Shown here piece after piece: positions 56,691-64,000 of a stretch of DNA of 64,000 nucleotides. The notes under the pieces were generated by a model that was given only the letters and a program-made list of their open reading frames with translations, was not told the DNA's origin and made no database searches. Each line of letters begins with the position of its first letter. Positions within the stretch are counted from its first letter, which is position 1. Source of the stretch: Candidatus Portnoybacteria bacterium (GTDB lineage: Bacteria; Patescibacteriota; Minisyncoccia; Portnoybacterales; GWB1-42-6); assembly GCA_028688325.1 (NCBI GenBank), contig JAQTYI010000003.1:32116-96115 (forward strand), read 5' to 3'. Both the position numbers and the translations under genes were made by a program.

Positions 56691-58499
56691 TTATTCTTCC
56701 TGGCCATTACCGTTCCTGATGAATCCGCCGGCCTGCAACGCCCAAAGTTTTTTGTAGAGAGTATCTTTGGCGATGAGCTCTTTATGCGAGCCGCTTTCTT
56801 TGATGATGCCTTTTTCCAGAACGACTATCCTGTCCATCTTCCTGATGGTTGAAAGCCGATGCGCGATGACGATAACCGTTTTGCCTTTCATTAAAACATC
56901 CAGTGCGTCCTGGATAAGAGCTTCCGAGCGCGAATCCAAGCTGGAAGTGGCTTCATCCAAGATTAATATCGGCGCGTTCTTCAAGATGGCGCGCGCGATG
57001 GCTACCCGCTGGCGCTCTCCGCCAGAAAGCTTGATGCCCCGTTCGCCCACATGCGTTTCGTATTTTTTGGGCAGATTATCTATGAACTCGTCGCAATAAG
57101 CCAGGCGTGCCGCTTTTATCACTTCCTCGTCCGCGGCGCTCTGGCGTCCATAGCGGATATTGGCCATAATGGTGCGGTGAAAAAGTATCGGGTCTTGCGG
57201 CACCAAACTAATATTGTTGCGCAAGCTTTCGAGTGTTACCTTTTTGATGTCTTGCCCGTCGATAAGGATATTCCCGCTTATGGCGTCGTAAAAACGCAGC
57301 AAAAGCCGGACTAATGTTGTTTTTCCCGAACCCGACGGCCCCACCAGCGCGATTTTCTCGCCGGCCTTGATTTTTAAATTAACGCCTTTTAAGACCTCCC
57401 GCCCGTCGTTAAAATAAAAATTAACATCATTAAAAACAACCTCGCCGGCCGACACCTCCAGCGGCTTGGCGCCAGGCGCGTTTTTGATATCGTAAGGCAG
57501 TTTCATTATTTCCACCATTTCTTTCATATCGGCGTAGCCCTCGTAGAAATCACGCACAATACGGCTGAATTCCCACAAGCGCATGCCAAGCCCTATAACA
57601 TACATTTGCACCAGCACGAATGTGCCGATGGTTACAACGCCGACCTGCCAGTAGCGGACGGTAAAATATAAGATGATGAATTCTATGATAAAAATAAGCG
57701 CCGCCTGGATGCCGTCCATTCCGAGGTCCGTGTTCCAGTTGAAAGCCGTAATTTTTCTCTGCTCTTCCGTGACTTCCTTAAAATTGTCTTTTTCGCTCTG
57801 ATGGCGGCTGAAAATCTCGATATTGTTCTGGTTGGCGATGGTGTCGGCCAAAACAGCCGTAGTGCGCGAATCGGCCTCGGCCGCTTTGATGCTGTATTTC
57901 AATTTCCAAAGCGAATAAAAATAATTTACGACTATATAAAGCGCAGCCCAACCGATTATGAGTATCGTCAGGCGTTGTTCTATGGACATGGTGATTATCG
58001 CGATACCCGTTAAACGAACAATCAAAGGGACGAGATTCCAGGTAATGCGGTCGGCCAGGCGCTCAAAAGCGCGGGCATAGCGCCCCACGCGCTGGACAAG
58101 CGCGCCGGAAAAATTATTGGCGAAAAAATTGTATGAATGATGGATAAGATAACCGTAGGCCTGCCGGCGCAAAACCGCCATTGATTTTGCCTGGAAAAAA
58201 ACATTGGCGAATGAGCCGACCCGCCAGAAGACCCAGGCGCAAACATTCAAAAATAATATCATCAAGAGTATATCGATAAGCTGGGCCGCCACAATATTTT
58301 TATCCGGCACAAAAGCAAGCAAGTCAAAAAAACGCTTAAAATAAAGCGGTGTTATTATCTCAAAGACGCTGGCGCCGGCAATTCCGGCAATGGTCAGAAA
58401 CATCGCCAGTTTGCTGCTTTTTATGCCATACCAAACATAACCCGCAACATCTTTGAGGCGAACTGGCGGATATTTAATATTGGAATTCTTGTCTTTCAT
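56691..58499 (-). CDS. ABC exporter, fused TMD-NBD
   Basis: GPSGSGKT, VGERG.KLSGGERQR, LDEATSSLD, IAHRLST. Confidence 0.95.
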   Translation of the reverse strand: MKDKNSNIKYPPVRLKDVAGYVWYGIKSSKLAMFLTIAGIAGASVFEIITPLYFKRFFDLLAFVPDKNIVAAQLIDILLMILFLNVCAWVFWRVGSFANVFFQAKSMAVLRRQAYGYLIHHSYNFFANNFSGALVQRVGRYARAFERLADRITWNLVPLIVRLTGIAIITMSIEQRLTILIIGWAALYIVVNYFYSLWKLKYSIKAAEADSRTTAVLADTIANQNNIEIFSRHQSEKDNFKEVTEEQRKITAFNWNTDLGMDGIQAALIFIIEFIILYFTVRYWQVGVVTIGTFVLVQMYVIGLGMRLWEFSRIVRDFYEGYADMKEMVEIMKLPYDIKNAPGAKPLEVSAGEVVFNDVNFYFNDGREVLKGVNLKIKAGEKIALVGPSGSGKTTLVRLLLRFYDAISGNILIDGQDIKKVTLESLRNNISLVPQDPILFHRTIMANIRYGRQSAADEEVIKAARLAYCDEFIDNLPKKYETHVGERGIKLSGGERQRVAIARAILKNAPILILDEATSSLDSRSEALIQDALDVLMKGKTVIVIAHRLSTIRKMDRIVVLEKGIIKESGSHKELIAKDTLYKKLWALQAGGFIRNGNGQEE

Positions 58500-58720
58500 C
58501 TCTTAAATTAAAAACAGCCCCGCCGGGCATAAATATAAGCGCGTTGCTCCTCTTTTTTTGCCGACCCTTGCGCTCTTTTGAGCCGTTTATGATATTTTAT
58601 CAAAGCGCCGTTCAATGGTCAAATTTGAAGTCAAAAAATTATCGCTTCCTGTTGCCAAAAACAAGCAACGAGCATATAATGAAAACCCCCCGATAAATCA
58701 ACGGAAACAAGCCAAAAACC

Positions 58721-59299
58721 ATGACCAATCGTTATAAAAACATCATTCTGGTAATTTCCGGCACTATGGCCAGCGGCAAGGACGCCGTTTTGCGATTACT
58801 GCGCAAAAATGTTGACTTTTCTTTTGTAAAATCATTCACCAGCCGGCCGCGGCGCCACAACGAAAAAACAAGCCCGCCCTATAAGTTTATTTCGCGGAAA
58901 AAATTCAAAAAACTGGTGTCTAAAAATTTTTTCTGGGAATTTAAAAAATTATACGGACATTTTTACGGTATAGCCAAAATCGATATCCGAAGGGCCTTGG
59001 CGCGCCAGAAACCCGTTGTTTTCCGGGTAAACGAACAAGGCGCAGATAAGATAAAAAGTTTTTTCCCCGAAACTAAATCGGTTTTTATCGCCCCGCCGTC
59101 GTTGGAGGTCGTGAAAGAAAGAGCCGCCAGGAGAAAAAGTGTTCCCCGACGCCTCAAAAACAAGCGCTTGGCCGCCGCAAAAAAACAACTAAATTCCTTG
59201 ACAAAAGACCAGAAATGGGACTATGTTATAGTTAATAAGGACTTGCGCCAAAGCGTGGAAAAGATAGGCCGAGTTATCGGCTCCTTAAAAACTCAATAG
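58721..59299 (+). CDS. Guanylate kinase-like protein
   Basis: SG..ASGKD, TSRPRR, Y.FIS...F, YG, FIAPPSLE. Confidence 0.8.
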   Translation: MTNRYKNIILVISGTMASGKDAVLRLLRKNVDFSFVKSFTSRPRRHNEKTSPPYKFISRKKFKKLVSKNFFWEFKKLYGHFYGIAKIDIRRALARQKPVVFRVNEQGADKIKSFFPETKSVFIAPPSLEVVKERAARRKSVPRRLKNKRLAAAKKQLNSLTKDQKWDYVIVNKDLRQSVEKIGRVIGSLKTQ

Positions 59300-59328
59300 A
59301 AACCGAAACCGGAAAGGAGGTGGTCGGT

Positions 59329-60336
59329 ATGCCAAGAGAGCAAAAAACACATGAAAACATCTCCATCTCTTTGATTTGGGATGTCTGGGACCGGCTGTTG
59401 TTGCTCTTCAACGAAAAACACGGCCTCTGGATGCTGCCCGGCGGCCATAGCGAACCGGAGAAAGGAGAAAATATCACCGCGGCGGCCAACCGGGAAAACC
59501 TTGAAGAAACAACACTGTCTGACATTGAGGGATATCGTTCCCTTTTTTATCTAGAGGACACAAAAGAAGGCCGTCCTCGGGTATTTTTTGTCCACGAAGG
59601 GTTTTATTTGAAGAAGGATCCTCAAGATATTAAGCTTCCCAAAAAACTGCTGAAAAAAGAACATATCAGGGAGGCCAAGTGGTTTTCTCTGGAGAAGCTG
59701 GAAGACCTTCCGCTTTCGCCCATTGCCAAAAAAGCAATAGATATGGCTCTGCCGTTGCTTGACAGACGGAAAGACATCAACTCCAATCGTGCGCGCAACT
59801 ATCTTCAGAAAATCCTGTCTCAAGCGCAAAAAAGTATTAATAACCCCAACAAACTCAAGCAGATAGACCGGACGATTAAAAAACTGGGCGGGCTTATGGG
59901 CGGCCTGGACAAAGAAGGCGGCGGTCCGGCAATCAATTCGCCGGATATCTCCGAAAACAATCACGAGAAAAAAGACCTTGTGATAATAGTTGACGACGAC
60001 AGGTCCATCAGCTCCCTGACCAAAGAATTTCTGGAAAATTTTTACCGCGTCTTCACTTTTGACAATCCGACTGATGCGTTAAAATATTTGGAAAAACTGC
60101 CCGAGGAATCGATTAAGGCGATTCTGGTAGATTTTTATTTTCCAGCGGAAGCTAATGGCAAGACCGGCGTGGATTTCATTAAAAATGTGAACAATCTTTA
60201 TCCCGGCATAAAGACCATTCTCTTCACCGGCGATATTTTGGAGGCGCAAAAACATACCGGCTTATGCCTGCAAAAGCCGACGAGCTTTGAAGAAATCCTC
60301 GGCGCCATAAAGGGCAATGGCAAGACAAAAATCTGA
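59329..60336 (+). CDS. NUDIX hydrolase - receiver domain fusion
   Basis: LPGG.SE....AAANRE..EET; C-terminal IVDDD, VDFYFP, TG, KP. Confidence 0.8.
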   Translation: MPREQKTHENISISLIWDVWDRLLLLFNEKHGLWMLPGGHSEPEKGENITAAANRENLEETTLSDIEGYRSLFYLEDTKEGRPRVFFVHEGFYLKKDPQDIKLPKKLLKKEHIREAKWFSLEKLEDLPLSPIAKKAIDMALPLLDRRKDINSNRARNYLQKILSQAQKSINNPNKLKQIDRTIKKLGGLMGGLDKEGGGPAINSPDISENNHEKKDLVIIVDDDRSISSLTKEFLENFYRVFTFDNPTDALKYLEKLPEESIKAILVDFYFPAEANGKTGVDFIKNVNNLYPGIKTILFTGDILEAQKHTGLCLQKPTSFEEILGAIKGNGKTKI

Positions 60337-60435
60337 AACCCGGCATCTCGCAAAAATTGCGAAATAAGATGCCGGGTTTTTCATTGCAAAAAACCGCCCC
60401 AAGCGCAATCAAGGAGCGGTTTTTCCAAAAGATTA

Positions 60436-60777
60436 TTATCCGATTTCTATTTCTTCTACTTTTTCAAATATGCTGCTCACTACTTTTCCCATGGGTTTCT
60501 TTTCCAATATTTCATACCTCCCCTCGCCCTTGGGAATGATTTTTGTGGGAAATCCTCGGTGAAATTCGGCGATAACTTCCCCATTTGATATCAGCTTCAT
60601 ATCCTGGCCGCAAAAACCTTCTTCCGGCGCTTCGGGCTTTTTTTGTTCGCCGGGCTTAGGAAAAGGATAAATTTTTGCGGGTCCCTTTTTTTGCTCGCCC
60701 TCGCTTAATTCCCCTTCTTTCGGCTCCGGCGAAGGCAAACTTTCAAATGCTTGTTTTTGCGATTCAGCTCCAAGCAT
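60436..60777 (-). CDS. Hypothetical protein
   Basis: 113-aa ORF, Pro/Glu-rich N-terminus. Confidence 0.5.
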   Translation of the reverse strand: MLGAESQKQAFESLPSPEPKEGELSEGEQKKGPAKIYPFPKPGEQKKPEAPEEGFCGQDMKLISNGEVIAEFHRGFPTKIIPKGEGRYEILEKKPMGKVVSSIFEKVEEIEIG

Positions 60778-60934
60778 AGATTTACATTATTTACCCTATG
60801 TAAATACACTATCATAAAAAGGCGAAAATAACCACATTTTGATAATATGCCCGCTTAAGACAAAAAAGACCGGCCAACGCGGCAACAACCATGGATATAA
60901 AAATTATAACAAAACTCGCCGCCACGCGTAAACA

Positions 60935-60964
60935 AAAACACCCCCGCAAAGCGGGGGTGTTTTT
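60935..60964 (-). terminator. Terminator of the cold-shock gene
   Basis: aaaaacacccccgc-aaa-gcgggggtgttttt. Confidence 0.75.
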
Positions 60965-60977
60965 AAATTGCTTGTGA

Positions 60978-61175
60978 TTAAGCCCGTGATACGCCAACGG
61001 CGCTGGGACCCTTTTCACCTTCAACGACTTCAAAGGAAACGGCATCGCCAACCTTCAACTCATCGAAGGTCACGCCTTGCAGCTCTTTGGAGTGGAAAAA
61101 CAGATCCTTCGCTTCGCCTTCGCGAGAGATGAATCCAAATCCCCTGTCCGTGAGCGTTTTGATAACTCCAGTCAT
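60978..61175 (-). CDS. Cold-shock domain protein
   Basis: RGFGFI, DLFFH, G.KGP.A..V. Confidence 0.95.
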   Translation of the reverse strand: MTGVIKTLTDRGFGFISREGEAKDLFFHSKELQGVTFDELKVGDAVSFEVVEGEKGPSAVGVSRA

Positions 61176-61350
61176 GTGATTTTGCTTTTTATTATTTTTG
61201 CTTAGAAACTCGACTATGTCTCTTCTGCTACTTTTTAACTCTATCAGAATTATTGGTTTTTGTCAAAAAATCAGTAAATAAAAGCCCGCCAACGCAATTA
61301 GTGCTGGCGGGTTCGTTTGATGTAAAAAATGATTCTGCGGCCGGTTAACA

Positions 61351-61947
61351 TCAGAAACCGGATGGCCAGATAAAAAAATACTCTCTTTCTTTTTTGCCTT
61401 GATTTTTTATTTCTTTGGTTTTAAAACCCATGGGGAAATCTAATTGGAAAGTGCTTGTGAATATCGCTCTTTCTCCATTTTTATCGTAATGTATTTCCGC
61501 AATTTCAAAACCCGTTAATTGCTTGTCAGCGTCCAACAACTTCATAACTTTGCATTCCGCTATAATACGCTTGCTGTTGTTGTCAACGGCGATTGCGCCG
61601 GCAGGCATCCGAGAAAGCATGGATATAGTATCTTTGTAAACAAAGATGTTCCTCCATTCACCGAAATCCTGGCATAGCACGATTGATTCCATTCCCATCA
61701 TTCCCCCGCCGATATTCTTGGTATATTCATTGAACTCCAGAGGCATTGGCCCTCTATAGAACGGCGGCTTCATCATATAGCTTTTCCTATAACTGAGGGT
61801 CGGGCCTCCGATGGAATTGACCAGCGCTTCAGTATCTTTCAGGTCTTGCTTATGCCAGAATTGCTCCACATCGATGTTCGGGCTGCTGCTACAAGCAGCC
61901 ATCAATAAAAAAATCGGGGCAACAATCAATGAAATAATTTTTCGCAT
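61351..61947 (-). CDS. Putative lipoprotein
   Basis: Signal peptide with LMAAC lipobox; AAGGAGG RBS. Confidence 0.75.
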   Translation of the reverse strand: MRKIISLIVAPIFLLMAACSSSPNIDVEQFWHKQDLKDTEALVNSIGGPTLSYRKSYMMKPPFYRGPMPLEFNEYTKNIGGGMMGMESIVLCQDFGEWRNIFVYKDTISMLSRMPAGAIAVDNNSKRIIAECKVMKLLDADKQLTGFEIAEIHYDKNGERAIFTSTFQLDFPMGFKTKEIKNQGKKEREYFFIWPSGF

Positions 61948-61977
61948 GCTTGGCCTCCTTTTCAGAAAATGTCTTTA

Positions 61978-62630
61978 TCAGAATCTGCCCCATCCGACCC
62001 TATGGCTGCCGGGCCCTGAGCGTATCCGATAACCGTGAGCGCGTGCCCAGTCCGAACCGCCGCTATGCAGCTCTCCTGAGCCGCTGTTCAAAAAATCTTC
62101 AGCCATGCCTTTGTCTCCATACCGCATAAGCAAAGAATTTAATGTGCTCTGCGTTCCAGATATGCCCAGTTTGACGATTAAGAATAAAACCCTCAACCGG
62201 TCGATGTGGATCAATACCACCCTTGTCATTGAATCTCCCAGGGTCTGACTATCGTATTTTTTGAGCATATCATAGAGCTTGCGCCCTTTGACCGGATATA
62301 CCCAATTTGCCTGCATATCCAAACAAGCCGCGGCCGTGAAAATAAGCTTATCAACATAGAGCGCCCTCTTTGCTTCAATGGGATTGTCCTTTTGCAAGCG
62401 GGCTAACTGTTCCACTTCATGATCGTCCAGAGTATATGATTTGGCGATCTTAGCCCTGGCTTCGCCGACATGGGCACCCAAGGGATTTGACTTGATATAA
62501 TCTCCGTAGGACTCAAAACTGTCCATTTGCCTGGCTTTTTCCCAGGACTTTTGGTCAACCGTTGCACAACCGGTAAAGAGCAAAACCAAAAAAACAACCG
62601 CAACACCGCCGAAATCACACCCTTTTTCAT
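61978..62630 (-). pseudogene. Putative lipoprotein with a 1-nt frameshift in the signal peptide
   Basis: RBS plus MKKGVISAV at 62630 is out of frame with ...VLLFTGC; adding one base restores a full lipoprotein signal. Confidence 0.6.
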
Positions 62631-62797
62631 GGCTATTCCCCTTTCTTTTGTTGTTAAAGAATATTTTTTACAGACAGCATTGCCTTGTCCCCCTATTTAA
62701 TAATGAAGAGTAATGCGAAATAAGGCAATAGTCAAATATAAAATAAAAAAGTCGCTTTAACCGAAGCGGCGCGGGAGCAATCGCTTGCTCAATTTCT

Positions 62798-62971
62798 TCA
62801 ATTCTTCATCACCTTACCCAATCCGACATACGGGGGAAGATTTTCTCGGTGTATTTTATTTCCCCCTCTCCTGGTTATCATCCGAGGACACCTTGAACAT
62901 AATACCGATACCTGACTATCAGACATACTGACTAATATTCCGCACTCACACTTAAAAACATCCATCTCCAT
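62798..62971 (-). CDS. Small zinc-ribbon protein
   Basis: CEC...CSRC; GGAGG RBS. Confidence 0.55.
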   Translation of the reverse strand: MEMDVFKCECGILVSMSDSQVSVLCSRCPRMITRRGGNKIHRENLPPYVGLGKVMKN

Positions 62972-63341
62972 AGTTTTACCCTCCCTAAGAACTACTTTAT
63001 CCTGGCCAGCGCCGATTTGGTGTTTCTCGCATCGCGCAAGTATTCCAGCTCGGCCGCTACCCTCATGATGTTTTCGCTTGGCCGAATGTGTGCCTATGGC
63101 TGCAATCACTTGCCAAGCCGATCGGGTCAAACCCAATCTTTCTGAAACTTCCCGCAGCGTCAGCTGCCTTCATCGCGTCTCTCATATTTTCCTCTTTTAT
63201 TGAAGAACAAAAGGCGTCGGATATCTTTTTAACAAAAACGGCACAATCTAAATCGCGTCGGTTTTGATAGTGATTATTTGACCCAAATCAAGTTTCTGGA
63301 TATTTGTTGTTATAAATCAGTACTGCAATTTCACCCCTATC

Positions 63342-63554
63342 TTATCCGCCAACTGTAACAGCCATTTTTTCGTGCCGGTCGACTTTATGGGACAAAGCGA
63401 CTATTTCTTGAAAACATGTATCGGCTTTTTTAGCATAACCGTCAACGGAAATCTGAAGATTATTAAAATCTTCTTTTAGATCCTTAAAATCCCCCTCTAT
63501 CTTATTGAACTTCTCGTCCAAATATTGAATTAATTCTGAAAAATCTTCTTTCAT
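63342..63554 (-). CDS. Small coiled-coil hypothetical (C-terminus possibly frameshifted)
   Basis: Heptad pattern; TTGACA/TATAAT-like promoter just upstream. Confidence 0.6.
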   Translation of the reverse strand: MKEDFSELIQYLDEKFNKIEGDFKDLKEDFNNLQISVDGYAKKADTCFQEIVALSHKVDRHEKMAVTVGG

Positions 63555-63796
63555 ATAACTTCATTATAAACCCAGCAAAACCTTGTCAAATGAGAATCTC
63601 GGGTCGTTTGAACCTGTCCACTGATGGCACAGATTAAAGAATTATACTGGAACACCATTGAACGAGTAATCCTTAATTGAAAGCAGGCCTATCAAACAAG
63701 CGGCCTTATCACTTTGACATGAAATGGTACCTGACACCTTTATTTTTCTCGCAAAAATTGCGAAACAAGACGCCGGGTTTTTTCCGTAAAATTTAT

Positions 63797-64000
63797 TTAA
63801 ATTTTAATTTCCTTTATTTTTTTTGAAAAAAGCAGCAATAAAACCATGGGCAGAGCAACCCGCTTAAAGCCGGTAAAAAACAAAAAGGCGGCAGCCGGCA
63901 AAAAATTTGCCAGGCCGGTGAAAGTGACGGGATCCGGATGGTGCAAAAGCCAGGGTTTCCAAAAAACCCACCAAAGGCCGGCCAAAATCGGCGCCACCCA
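63797..64000 (-). CDS. 3' end of a membrane protein (partial)
   Basis: Hydrophobic ORF running off the window edge. Confidence 0.4.
   Translation of the reverse strand, partial: WVAPILAGLWWVFWKPWLLHHPDPVTFTGLANFLPAAAFLFFTGFKRVALPMVLLLLFSKKIKEIKI

Noticed and set aside
61351-63554. Prophage or integrated island
   Set aside because: No integrase, structural or replication genes, and no att pair seen
1-64000. CRISPR array
   Set aside because: No run of identical repeats with unique, regularly sized spacers and no cas genes; the repeats are dispersed palindromes or heptamer arrays

Overview
A 64 kb chromosomal segment of a bacterium that uses the standard genetic code. Gene content, AT-rich leaders without Shine-Dalgarno sites and typical hypothetical families suggest a Patescibacteria/CPR (Parcubacteria-like) genome; this is inference. 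The backbone is housekeeping: murC, tagA-like, thpR, priA-fmt, the hrcA-grpE-dnaK-dnaJ operon with a CIRCE, corA, cysS, dnaB, recR, rplU, rmuC, lgt, lexA with a GAAC-N4-GTTC box, mraZ-rsmH-ftsL-ftsI-murF, rplJL with an L10 leader, mltG, a DedA/hydrolase/GT4 cluster, an ECF-sigma/MacAB-like operon, and tRNA-Lys, -Glu and -Val. The striking layer is non-coding: a dense set of small palindromic elements. (1) GTCAT...ATGAC and CCCC..AAAGGGG repeats are inserted in frame in genes (five times in priA, three of them where helicase motifs are lost) and flank a small GIY-YIG nuclease. (2) A conserved integrase-less mini-element sits at the 3' ends of two different tRNAs. (3) MITE-like elements with 4-bp target duplications land on start and stop codons. 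(4) There are inverted heptamer arrays and long structured intergenic repeats. An AT-rich DUF3800 gene with a convergent small-RNA unit and a zinc-ribbon insertion in CysRS also stand out. Coordinates were read by eye, so non-coding boundaries are accurate only to a few nucleotides.
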